Notes under the pieces: generated by a model
The model's database searches: none
What the model was told of the DNA's origin: nothing
The model's input: the letters and a program-made list of their open reading frames with translations, nothing else
NCBI GenBank assembly: GCA_036507075.1
Contig: DASXQR010000071.1
Coordinates: 1 to 25,233 of the forward strand
Direction: 5' to 3'
Length of the DNA stretch: 25,233 nt
From: Acidobacteriota bacterium
Lineage (GTDB): Bacteria > Acidobacteriota > UBA6911 > JACQSX01
In this document: positions 9,390 to 17,624 of the stretch, piece by piece
Position numbering within the stretch: the first letter of the stretch is position 1
Layout of the letters: the number at the start of each line of letters is the position of its first letter
Program-made: the position numbers and the translations under genes

Positions 9390-10850
9390 ATGCGCAGGTT
9401 CAGCGGTTACTTGATCCACGTATGGGGCTCATGGTTTGCAGAAGTCGGCATGTGCCTGGCGATCGTTTCTGTTTCCACGTCGCCAACGGTGGCAGCTCAG
9501 GCGGCGCGCCAGTTTCGCGCGGGCGCGGCTACGAGCAATATCACTCCCTGGCTCGGCATTTCCAGCAACGGCGGCATGCAGGACCGCAAGCCCCAGCACG
9601 TGCACGATGAGTTACACGCCCGCGCGCTGGTCCTTGATGACGGTCAGACCCGCCTGGCGCTCGTTACGGTCGACAGTTGCATGGTGCCCCGCTCGATTCT
9701 TGATGCCGCCAAGAAACTGGTTAACCAGCACACCGGCCTTGACATCGCAAACATGCTGATGTCGGCCACTCATACACACACTGCAGCCACCGGCACGCCT
9801 GTGTTCCAGAGCGAGGCCGATGCCGAGTACCAGTTATTTCTGACGCGCAAGATTGCCGACTCTGTTCGGATTGCCATCAACAATCTCAGGCCGGCCCGCA
9901 TCGGATGGGGTGTCGGCAAAGTGCCGCAGCACGTCTTCAACCGCCGGTGGAAAATGAAGCCCGGCACGATCCCGGCCAATCCGTTCGGCGGGATCGATCA
10001 GGTCAAGATGAATCCGCCGGCCGGCAGTCCGGATCTGCTGGAACCTGCCGGCCCGACCGATCCGGACGTGACCGTCATTTCGCTTGACGGGCTCGACGGG
10101 CAGCCAATCGCGCTGCTGGCCAACTACTCGCTGCACTATGTCGGGGCGGGCCACTTTTCGGCTGACTACTTTGGCGCGTTTGCCGACCGGATCCAGCAAC
10201 TGATGGGCGCCGACCGGCAGGACCCCGCCTTTGTCGGGATCCTGTCAAACGGAACCAGCGGCAATATCAACAACATTGACTTCAGACAGCCGCGGCCCGC
10301 CGGCCCGCCGTTCTCAAAAATGAAGACAGTGGCCAACGACGTGGCTGTCGAAGTGTTGCGCGTGCAAAAAAACATCTCCTATCACGACTGGGTGCCCCTT
10401 GCCGTGCGCCACAGTGAACTCGAGCTCGCCGTGCGCCGGCCCACCCGGGAGGATCTTGAGCGCGCGCGCCGAATCATGATGAACGCGCAAGGCCCGAACA
10501 TGCGGACGCCTGAAGAGATCTACGCCCGCGAGACCGTGCTGATCAGCGAGTATCCACCCACAGTCATGGTGCTCTTGCAGGCGCTGCGGATCGGTGATCT
10601 CGCCATTGCCGCCATACCCTGTGAAGTATTTGTCGAGACCGGCCTGCAGATCAAAAAAGAGAGCCCCTTTGCCGTGACTTTTACGACATCGCTCGCCAAT
10701 GGCTACAATGGCTATCTCCCTACACCCGAGCACCACCAACTGGGCGGATACGAGACGTGGAGAGCACGATCAAGTTATCTCGAAGTCGGCGCCTCAACCA
10801 AGATTGTGACGCGATTGCTCGAGCTGCTGCGCCAACTCAAGGGACCGTAG
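9390..10850 (+). CDS. Neutral/alkaline ceramidase-family metal-dependent hydrolase, probably exported; substrate unknown
   Basis: Motifs HDELHARALVL, SATHTHTA, LANYSLHY, ADYFG, NGTSGNIN and GYLPT..GGYE. It lies 8 nt after the receptor gene. Start codon uncertain. Confidence 0.8.
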   Translation: MRRFSGYLIHVWGSWFAEVGMCLAIVSVSTSPTVAAQAARQFRAGAATSNITPWLGISSNGGMQDRKPQHVHDELHARALVLDDGQTRLALVTVDSCMVPRSILDAAKKLVNQHTGLDIANMLMSATHTHTAATGTPVFQSEADAEYQLFLTRKIADSVRIAINNLRPARIGWGVGKVPQHVFNRRWKMKPGTIPANPFGGIDQVKMNPPAGSPDLLEPAGPTDPDVTVISLDGLDGQPIALLANYSLHYVGAGHFSADYFGAFADRIQQLMGADRQDPAFVGILSNGTSGNINNIDFRQPRPAGPPFSKMKTVANDVAVEVLRVQKNISYHDWVPLAVRHSELELAVRRPTREDLERARRIMMNAQGPNMRTPEEIYARETVLISEYPPTVMVLLQALRIGDLAIAAIPCEVFVETGLQIKKESPFAVTFTTSLANGYNGYLPTPEHHQLGGYETWRARSSYLEVGASTKIVTRLLELLRQLKGP

Positions 10851-11000
10851 CGATCAGCCAAGCGATGGATGCCCCTGGCCTCCGGTGACGGAGGGTCCAG
10901 GCCGATCGAGCAGGAAATCCTTTTTGCATTGCGGCGTGTCAGCCCGGAGTCGGTTAGGCCGCATCTGGGTGTTTCTGCTTGCCCCATTGCCTGTCGCGCG

Positions 11001-11022
11001 TGTAGACTGACCTTGTAGACTG
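11001..11022 (+). promoter_or_regulatory. Direct repeat TGTAGACTG x2; candidate operator or -10 region of the first TA module
   Basis: Copies at 11001-11009 and 11014-11022. TTGCCC (10979-10984) lies 18 bp before TAGACT (11003-11008). Confidence 0.4.
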
Positions 11023-11047
11023 TAAGAGTGCGAGAAAGGGCAATCGC

Positions 11048-11374
11048 TTGACTACCGCCGAATTAGCTTCTCCTGAAAAAGAGATCGTCTGGACACCTGA
11101 GCTCATCAAGCAGCTCCGAGGCAAGCGAACGCAGGCTGAATTCGGTAAATTGTTGGGAGTACCCAAAAATACCGTCTGGCGCTGGGAGGCAGGCCGAGCA
11201 ACTCCTGACGCAGAGCACTACCGGAGCCTGTCGCGCTTCGCCGCGGGCGAGCACTTTCTGACGGGGTGGAGACTTGTCGGCTCCGGGAGAATCCTTAAAG
11301 ATCTTGAGAAAGGCTCGAAGGGAATAAGCTCCGAATTGCTAAAATCCGTCAATCGATCGGCTCGCCGGCTATAA
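11048..11374 (+). CDS. XRE/HTH_3-type DNA-binding protein, putative antitoxin
   Basis: IKQLRGKRTQAEFGKLLGVPKNTVWRWEAG is a Cro/C1-type helix-turn-helix. It lies 10 nt upstream of a PIN gene. TTG start. Confidence 0.8.
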   Translation: MTTAELASPEKEIVWTPELIKQLRGKRTQAEFGKLLGVPKNTVWRWEAGRATPDAEHYRSLSRFAAGEHFLTGWRLVGSGRILKDLEKGSKGISSELLKSVNRSARRL

Positions 11375-11384
11375 GTCGCTTCGC

Positions 11385-11783
11385 ATGACTCTCCATGTTA
11401 CGGATACGCACCCGCTGTTGTGGTATGCGGCCGGCCAACACCAAAAGCTTTCCAGGACAGCACTTCGACTATTTAAGAACGCCGAGAACAACCGGGGACT
11501 CATTTATGTCCCCGTCGTTGTGCTGTGGGAAGTCGCTTTGCTCATTAAGAAGCGCCGGTTCGAGTTGCTGCAGCCGTTCAGCCTTTGGTCAGGAATGCTT
11601 CTAGCGCAACCCGGCTTTGAGTTGGCTCTTCTTGAACCGGAAGCAATCAGCCAGGCTATGCAGTTCCACCTCCGGGATCTTTTTGATGCAGCGATCGTCG
11701 CCACTGCAAGGATTAAAGATCTTCCTCTGATCACCAAGGATCAACACATCACCGAAGCCAAAATCATCGAAATAGCCTGGTAA
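11385..11783 (+). CDS. vapC: PIN-domain VapC-family toxin
   Basis: PIN acidic motifs TDTHPLLW, VLWEVALL, DLFDAAIVATA and LITKD. Confidence 0.92.
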   Translation: MTLHVTDTHPLLWYAAGQHQKLSRTALRLFKNAENNRGLIYVPVVVLWEVALLIKKRRFELLQPFSLWSGMLLAQPGFELALLEPEAISQAMQFHLRDLFDAAIVATARIKDLPLITKDQHITEAKIIEIAW

Positions 11784-11790
11784 CTAAAGC

Positions 11791-11840
11791 GTAGCGACGC
11801 GGCATGCCGCGTCCGAGTCAGGCCGCGACATGTCGCGGCC
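11791..11840. repeat. GTAG-type REP-like doublet of perfect palindromes between convergent genes
   Basis: GTAG at 11791, GACGCGGCATGCCGCGTC (11796-11813) and GGCCGCGACATGTCGCGGCC (11821-11840). Confidence 0.75.
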
Positions 11841-11943
11841 AAGTGCTTGAGAATAAACGAGACCACGCGGCCGGATTGCACGGGCAGGTCGTACCGAGCA
11901 CAATGTTTCGGCACGGGTGGCACTCATACGGACGCGCGTGATT

Positions 11944-13137
11944 TTATGCAGCCACCAGTCCGTGCGGATCGAGGACGAATTTTTTGGCCGCGCCGCGATC
12001 GAAATCTTTGTATCCCTGAGCCGCATCGTCCAGCCGAATCACGGTGGCGTTGACTGCCTTGGCAATCTGCACCTTGTCGTGGAGAATGGCCATCATCAAC
12101 TGTCGGTTATAACGCATCACCGGGCATTGACCGGTGGTGAAAGACAAAGACTTGGCCCATCCCAGGCCGATGCGGATGCCCAACTGGCCGATCTTGGCGT
12201 TTTCATCAATTCCGCCCGGATCTCCCGTCACATACAGGCCGGGGATGCCGACGCCGGCGCCGGCGCGGGTTACTGTCATCACGTCGTTGAGCACCGTGGC
12301 GGGAGCCTCTCCCGCGCCCGCACCATGCCCGCGCGCCTCAAAACCGACGCAATCCACGGCTGCATCCACCACCGGTTCGCCCAGGATTTGTTCAATTCGC
12401 TCGGGCAGCGCGCCGTCCTTCCTGAGATCCATAATTTCGCATCCGAAGCTGCGGGCCTGCTGCAGCCTCTCGGGAATCATATCGCCCACGATCACCACGG
12501 CGGCTCCGAGCAACTGCGCCGATGCGGCACAGGCCAGACCCACGGGCCCCGCTCCGGCGACGTAAACGGTCGATCCCGGGCCTACACCTGCAGTGTAAGC
12601 GCCGTGAAAGCCGGTCGGGAAAATGTCGGACAACATGGTCAGGTCCCGAATTTTTTCCATCGCCTGATCGCGGTCTGGAAACTTCAGCAGGTTGAAATCG
12701 GCATAAGGCACCATGACGTATTCGGCCTGCCCGCCTTTCCAGCCGCCCATGTCCACATATCCGTAGGCAGCGCCGGGCCGCGCAGGATTCACGCTCAGGC
12801 AGATGCCCGTCTTGCCTTCCTTGCACATGCGGCAGCGCCCGCACGCGATGTTGAATGGAACAGAGCACAAGTCGCCCTTCTTGATGAACTCGACGTCGCG
12901 GCCGGCCTCGATCACCTCGCCGGTGATCTCATGTCCGAGACTTTGCCCGACCGGCGCCGTGGTGCGTCCTCGCACCATGTGCTGATCGCTGCCGCAGATG
13001 TTGGTCGACACGACCTTGAGAATCACGCCGTGATCGCACTTGCGTTTCTGTTCCGGTAACTCCAGCTTCGGGTAGCCAATCTCCTCGACCCCCACCTTCC
13101 CCGGTCCCTTGTAAACGACACATCGATTGCCTGCCAT
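11944..13137 (-). CDS. fdhA: Glutathione-independent formaldehyde dehydrogenase (Zn-dependent MDR family)
   Basis: Motifs NICGSDQHMVRGRT, GHE, CGRCRMCKEGKTGIC, YGYVDMGGW.GGQAEY, GAGPVG and terminal KKFVLDPH. ATG 13137 follows AGGGAGG. Confidence 0.93.
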   Translation of the reverse strand: MAGNRCVVYKGPGKVGVEEIGYPKLELPEQKRKCDHGVILKVVSTNICGSDQHMVRGRTTAPVGQSLGHEITGEVIEAGRDVEFIKKGDLCSVPFNIACGRCRMCKEGKTGICLSVNPARPGAAYGYVDMGGWKGGQAEYVMVPYADFNLLKFPDRDQAMEKIRDLTMLSDIFPTGFHGAYTAGVGPGSTVYVAGAGPVGLACAASAQLLGAAVVIVGDMIPERLQQARSFGCEIMDLRKDGALPERIEQILGEPVVDAAVDCVGFEARGHGAGAGEAPATVLNDVMTVTRAGAGVGIPGLYVTGDPGGIDENAKIGQLGIRIGLGWAKSLSFTTGQCPVMRYNRQLMMAILHDKVQIAKAVNATVIRLDDAAQGYKDFDRGAAKKFVLDPHGLVAA

Positions 13138-13279
13138 AACGGGCCTCCCTTCATTAATTATGAGTTGATTTCCGAAAGATACTCCTTTGCAAAAAGGAAG
13201 ACAATGGGCGGAGTCGTGCCGGGCAGGCGTGCGCGGAGAACCTGTAGGGGTTGTTATGAAGGGGAAGGAAGGGTTATGA

Positions 13280-13579
13280 AGGGGAGGGCGGACCGCATAT
13301 AGCAATCTTGCCAGTGGAGACCGGCGTGAGAATCTAAAAGAGGCGATTGGCTGCTATGAAGCGGCGCTGCGCACCGAAGGCGACTTCCCGGTGGATTGGG
13401 CGATGACGCAATACATTCTTGGTTTGCTCTACCTTGGCCTGCGTGGCCCGGAATCGGAGAAAAATCGGCGAAAAGCTATTGAATCCTTCGAGTCTGCTAA
13501 GCGCGGTTATCTTGCAGCCGGGCTACTTGACGAAGCTGCGGATGCTGAACGGCTGCGAAAAGAGGCCGAGGAGTCATGA
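13280..13579 (+). pseudogene. 5'-truncated remnant of a TPR-repeat protein
   Basis: The frame is open from 13280, after TGA at 13277, with no start before the TPR text AYSNLASGDRRENLKEAIGCYEAALRTEGDFPVDWAMTQYILG. Confidence 0.75.
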
Positions 13580-13774
13580 TTTACTCGGGTTGAAGAGTGG
13601 TCGGAAGACGAATCGCGCGTACTCAGGGGGTCACCTCTTCACTATTCTTCAGTGGAGGTGACGCAGTATGCTCTCCGAACGTCGTCAGAATGCATGATTG
13701 CCAGCAGAGAACTTGGTGTGAGGTCTTCACAATTCAGTTCCTGTATTGGATTGCAGCGCAAGCAGTGATGCCCC

Positions 13775-14152
13775 AGCCCGCCGCCTTTTGGCGGGCGTTC
13801 AGCCAGTGGCCCACGGCGGAGCGAAGCGGAGCCGTGGGGAATTGCGGCTCATGAGATTAAGCCCGCCCGCTTTTTCAGGGCGGGCGACAGCCGCCGGCGC
13901 GGACAACTCGCTTAATCCTTGCCCGCTCCTTTTCCGCAAAGAATCGCCTGCTGTCGCCCGCCCAAAAGCGGCGGGCTTTGATGAGTTGAATGCTGCCGTT
14001 CCCATGGCTCCGCTTCGCTGCGCCGTGGGCCACAGGCTGTCGCCCGCCCAAAAGCGGCGGGCTTTGATGAGTTGAATGCATGCCGTTCCCACGGCTCCGC
14101 TTCGCTGCGCCGTGGGCCACAGGCTGACGCCCGCCCAAAAGCGGCGGGCTTT
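13775..14152. repeat. Composite BIME-like array of two alternating hairpin REP units in inverted arms
   Basis: Unit A is CTGTCGCCCGCCCAAAAGCGGCGGGCT. Unit B is CCCACGGCTCCGCTTCGCTGCGCCGTGGG. The left arm is A-B-A (13775-13890). The inverted right arm is A-B-A-B-A with A starts at 13951, 14037 and 14124 (86-87 bp period). Confidence 0.9.
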
Positions 14153-14201
14153 AGGTCGGCCGTACCGTGTTTGGAGAGGCCTGCACACGGCATGGCACAA
14201 A

Positions 14202-14334
14202 TCCAACCAGTATCGAGGAAAACATCAAGGTGGGTATAAGAATGCAGGCTACGTCGCTTACTGGTTCCAACCAGTATCGAGGAAAACATCAAAGTGAATA
14301 TAAGAATGCCTAACTATGTCGCTTAATGGTTCCA
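14202..14334. repeat. Two tandem 64-65 bp units, each bounded by an 8-bp inverted repeat
   Basis: TCCAACCAGTATCGAGGAAAACATCAA occurs at 14202 and 14266. Unit ends are TACTGGTT and TAATGGTT. The next TCCA is at 14331. Confidence 0.85.
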
Positions 14335-14345
14335 GCGATTCAGTG

Positions 14346-14379
14346 GGTAGTGGGGTCTTGCAGGTAAACCCCCACTACC
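14346..14379. repeat. Hairpin with a 10-bp stem (GTAG...CTAC REP-like or regulatory)
   Basis: GGTAGTGGGG (14346-14355) pairs with CCCCACTACC (14370-14379). No U-tract follows. Confidence 0.6.
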
Positions 14380-14439
14380 ATTCAGTGCTTACCTTGGACG
14401 CGCTCAAGGGCGCATAATGAGTCGCGTGGGAGTAAGAAC

Positions 14440-15639
14440 ATGAAGCGTTTATGGTTCGCTGCTGGCGTAATGTTGGCAGTGGGCGCGGGCGTCGCATCGA
14501 CGCATCGGTCAGAGCCGGCTTCCGACCAGAGGCCGCTGCAGATCGAAGGAGCGTCGGAGGCCATTGTGCGAGCCACCGTCAGTGGGCCTCGGTTTCATCC
14601 CCCCGAGGTGTTTGCAGCCATCGAGGACTTCCACAATCCGCGCCTGAAGCGGTTGCGCAACGAGTATGCACTGGAGAAGGTTGTCGCGGGCGAGCCAAAC
14701 GAGTTCCGGAAGCTGTTGAAGCTCCGGCACTGGGTCCACACCCGGTGGCCGATCGACAACGACCAGAAGGAGGGCGGGGACGCCTTTGCCATCCTTGAGA
14801 AGGCTAAGACCGGCGCCGGGTTCCACTGCTCGCATTCGTTGACCGTGCAACATGCCGTGTTGGTGTCGATGGGTTTCATCGCTCGCGACCTGGGCGTGGA
14901 CCGGAATCACGAAGACCTGGGTCGCAGCATGCACCATGGCGTAAACGAGGTCTGGTCGAACTACTACGCGAAGTGGGTCCTGCTGGACGCGAAGTACGAC
15001 ATCCATTTCGAGCGGGACGGCGTACCGCTGTCGGCGCTGGAGCTGCACGAGGCGGTCCGGGCGGACGGCGGGCAAGGGGTGGTGAAGATGCAGGGCGTTG
15101 ATCGCCGCCCGGCCCCAATGGACTCACCGTCGGCGCCCGAGGGCACCATCCGCAGCTACTGGTGGATATCCTACTATCTGCGCCCCAACCCGTTCACGGA
15201 GCCGCACTGGAGCGGCGGCAGCCGGCTGCACGTCTTTGACAACGACGCGTTCCGGAACACGACCTGGTACCGGGGTGGCAGCGGCGGCGAAAAGCTTGTC
15301 AGACATTGGGCATACGCGGCGAAAGCTTTCATCCCGACCAGCAACCGTCATGAGATCGAATGGACGCCTGGCGTGGTAGACCTGAGAGCGCGGCAGATTG
15401 CACAGGGAGAGATCGAGGTTCAACTTCGCAGTGCCACGCCGAACTTCAAGACCTATCTGACTCGCACGAATGGTGGCCCGTGGCAACCCCTGGCCGGCGA
15501 CCGGTCGCGCTTGAGCCTCCATGCCGGGGAGAACCGGTTCGAGGCCCGCACCCAGAACCTGTCGGGCGTAGAAGGCCCGGTGACTTCGGCGGTGGTCGAT
15601 TTCAAGCCTGCAACCAAAAGTCGCGCGCTTCGTCCGTGA
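14440..15639 (+). CDS. Secreted transglutaminase-like domain protein (Cys-His-Asp triad)
   Basis: Signal peptide MKRLWFAAGVMLAVGAGVA. Motifs GFHCSH, SMGFIAR, HGVNEVW and KWVLLDA. GGGAG ribosome-binding site. Confidence 0.85.
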   Translation: MKRLWFAAGVMLAVGAGVASTHRSEPASDQRPLQIEGASEAIVRATVSGPRFHPPEVFAAIEDFHNPRLKRLRNEYALEKVVAGEPNEFRKLLKLRHWVHTRWPIDNDQKEGGDAFAILEKAKTGAGFHCSHSLTVQHAVLVSMGFIARDLGVDRNHEDLGRSMHHGVNEVWSNYYAKWVLLDAKYDIHFERDGVPLSALELHEAVRADGGQGVVKMQGVDRRPAPMDSPSAPEGTIRSYWWISYYLRPNPFTEPHWSGGSRLHVFDNDAFRNTTWYRGGSGGEKLVRHWAYAAKAFIPTSNRHEIEWTPGVVDLRARQIAQGEIEVQLRSATPNFKTYLTRTNGGPWQPLAGDRSRLSLHAGENRFEARTQNLSGVEGPVTSAVVDFKPATKSRALRP

Positions 15640-16231
15640 GAACGCTTGGAAACTCGACGCCACCGGGACAAGAACGTGGGAAAAAATCGAAAGTGAGTTG
15701 CGGCTTCGCCGCCCGCTCTTTTTTGCGGCTTCGGGAAAGGCTTCAAGTCCAATTTTTGTCTCGGGCGTAAGCTCGTTTACTAATGTTTTCGGCTCTGTGC
15801 CTGTCATTGCATGGTTCACTGAGGTTTCAACTTCTCTAGAGCCTGGCGGAGGATTCACCGAGGCCAAGGTGTTTGTACTAAAGCGGACGGGTCCTTCACC
15901 CCTTAGCGCCCCCGCAGTAACAACCGGAGTAGCACTTACATTTCCGAAGCAAAGCGGAAGAGAAGAGAGTGCAACCAGAGAACTTCGCTTACCCGACGAA
16001 AAAGGAAGCGAAGTCGGCCGAAAGGAGATTGCAATTCCTGCCAATGGGCAACAACTGTTTCTTGTGGAAGAAGTCTTTCCCGAGATTGGGGGACTCTTAA
16101 CTCGGCGAGAATTCATTGGAACGCTCGAGATGCGTTTTCCAACTGCTTCTCCCGTTTTTGGTAAAGCTGTCTTCCTGCAAACGGAGGGGCGACTACTCAT
16201 TACTGATAAAACGATTTTGAAGATCAAATGA
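15640..16231 (+). pseudogene. Orphan, probably 5'-truncated fragment carrying the distal part of the 'xPV' module
   Basis: TTGVAL...ELRLPDEKG...IPANGQQLFLVEEVFP...FIGTL aligns by eye with the SBBP protein's C-terminal modules. No signal peptide or convincing start (track start is TTG 15698). Confidence 0.55.
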
Positions 16232-16293
16232 GGTCGGCATCAGACGAACTGTCTGGTTCTGGCTGTCGCTTGGAGCATTCTTAGTAATGACCA

Positions 16294-16758
16294 TTAAAGT
16301 TTCAAAAGCCTCAGATCAAATTTGAATGTAAGTGGCTTATCAATTCTCACACTCTTGAATGCCTTGTGCGCGGGGTTCAGCAGGAAGATGTTCTCCTCCG
16401 GTACCACCGAACTCGGCACCTTCAAACTCAGAGATCTTCCGCTCTTAACCCATTCATCGCCTATCGTCTGCAGCTCCGGCGGTGCAGGGTACGCCCGCCA
16501 ATTCTTGGGAAGGGCCCGTGCATCGAATGACTCGATGTCCGACTCGCTGAAGTGGATTCCACAGAGGACATATGAAGGAAGAAGAGTGGTGTTGCTCACG
16601 TGGACCAAAACCTCCAGAACCGCCAGGGAAATGCTTTCGGCTGTATAAACCATGGCCGTTCCGGGACTGTTCCAACGGCCACCATAGACCCGGGCGCCCT
16701 CACCATCGAATGCAAAATCGGCGTTTTTTGCTTTCACGATTCTCCATGCAGAGAGCAT
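16294..16758 (-). CDS. RES-domain toxin (ParT/MbcT-like NAD+-consuming family)
   Basis: WRI, GGRWNSPG, YTAESISLAVLE, VPSSV and LLNPAH. ATG 16758 overlaps the antitoxin stop (TGATG). Confidence 0.93.
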   Translation of the reverse strand: MLSAWRIVKAKNADFAFDGEGARVYGGRWNSPGTAMVYTAESISLAVLEVLVHVSNTTLLPSYVLCGIHFSESDIESFDARALPKNWRAYPAPPELQTIGDEWVKSGRSLSLKVPSSVVPEENIFLLNPAHKAFKSVRIDKPLTFKFDLRLLKL

Positions 16759-17249
16759 CAGGAGAAGACGCCATGCTCCAAGCGCCCGATCAGCCTTTCG
16801 ACTTCGCGTGAGCCGAGCTCGGTTTTGGCGATATTGAGTGGTGAAGCGCCGCCGAGCGCTGTTTGGGGTGTGGATAACCAAGTTCTGGCTGATTCAACAT
16901 CGCCTTCGAACAACTCTAACGCTCGTCCTAAAATTCGCGACGCTCTCAACAGCCGATCAGATTCGTCAGGCTGCAATCGATGTTGAGCCTTCCTTCTGGT
17001 GAGCGTTCGGGCTGGAATTTGAATAAGTTCAATAATTTCGTTGTGAGACAGGCGGACGTTCTCCTGAAATCGCTCCAGAGCGCCGTACGACAGTCCTCTC
17101 TGGATGATTTTGAGAAGAGCAGGAGTGTCAAATGTTTTCAGACCCAGCAAAACAACGTACGCATTAGCCCCGGGCTTGCCGCGTCGGAGCAGCTTTTGAA
17201 ACTCCAGGACATCGTTTGTTAATTGCTCTGACTCCGCCGCCTGGGCCAT
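16758..17249 (-). CDS. Xre/MbcA/ParS-family antitoxin
   Basis: IPARTLTRRK, ESDRLLR, ARTWLSTPQTALGGASPL and LIGRLEHGVFS. Confidence 0.93.
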   Translation of the reverse strand: MAQAAESEQLTNDVLEFQKLLRRGKPGANAYVVLLGLKTFDTPALLKIIQRGLSYGALERFQENVRLSHNEIIELIQIPARTLTRRKAQHRLQPDESDRLLRASRILGRALELFEGDVESARTWLSTPQTALGGASPLNIAKTELGSREVERLIGRLEHGVFS

Positions 17250-17258
17250 AATATTCCT

Positions 17259-17300
17259 TCCATTTGGCTAAAGTATACACGCCATATGGCCTGAGTGCAA
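17259..17300 (-). promoter_or_regulatory. Sigma70-type promoter of xre-res with two palindromic operator candidates
   Basis: - strand TTGCAC (17300-17295), 17 bp, TATACT (17277-17272). GCCATATGGC (17281-17290) and TCCATTTGGC (17259-17268). Confidence 0.75.
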
Positions 17301-17589
17301 CCCAATCGTCATTGACGCCACGCGTAGGTGAGACCATGAAATGGCGATGCATTAATATAGCTTTGTTTGGGTTGATTTCTCTCGTTGAGCGCCAGGCTCA
17401 GCCACGTCAATTCGTGGCCAGCGGGCCCGAAGAACGATGCGAGCGGCCCCCGAATCAAACCAGAAATTAAACTCGTGGCGCGGACTGGTCGCAAACTCTG
17501 GATCGTCCGTTCGCAGGTTCAGGCTGATCCCCTATGATGACGATCCCTCTGGTCAGTTCGGCGAACTTAGGGTCATCCTCTATTTCTTA

Positions 17590-17624
17590 TTGCCTAAGTG
17601 ACTACTGGTAACTACAATAGAGCG
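17590..17624 (+). promoter_or_regulatory. Sigma70-type promoter of phd-vapC with a repeated operator; probably leaderless
   Basis: TTGCCT (17590-17595), 17 bp, TACAAT (17613-17618), 6 bp, ATG. GTGACTAC (17598) and GTAACTAC (17608). Confidence 0.7.

Noticed and set aside
10874..10927. Possible terminator after the hydrolase gene
   Set aside because: The stem is imperfect and the T-run is ~20 nt away from it.
11917..13059. 380-aa + strand ORF
   Set aside because: Antisense shadow of the clearly conserved fdhA.
13597..14297. Several 70-135 aa ORFs on both strands
   Set aside because: They are mostly translations of the palindromic and tandem repeats.
14202..14334. Possible mini-CRISPR, integron attC or type III antitoxin repeats
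   Set aside because: The would-be spacers are similar to each other and there are no cas genes. ATCCAAC fits RYYYAAC, but the far end is GTTCCAA rather than GTTRRRY and internal pairing is poor. The downstream gene is secreted and not ToxN-like.
15124..16227. 367-aa - strand ORF
   Set aside because: Antisense to two + strand frames that carry recognisable motifs.
17336..17537. Short ORF MKWRCINIALFGLISLV... between the TA promoters, possibly a decayed secreted-protein gene
   Set aside because: It has a ribosome-binding site and a hydrophobic start, but it is short and no family is recognisable.
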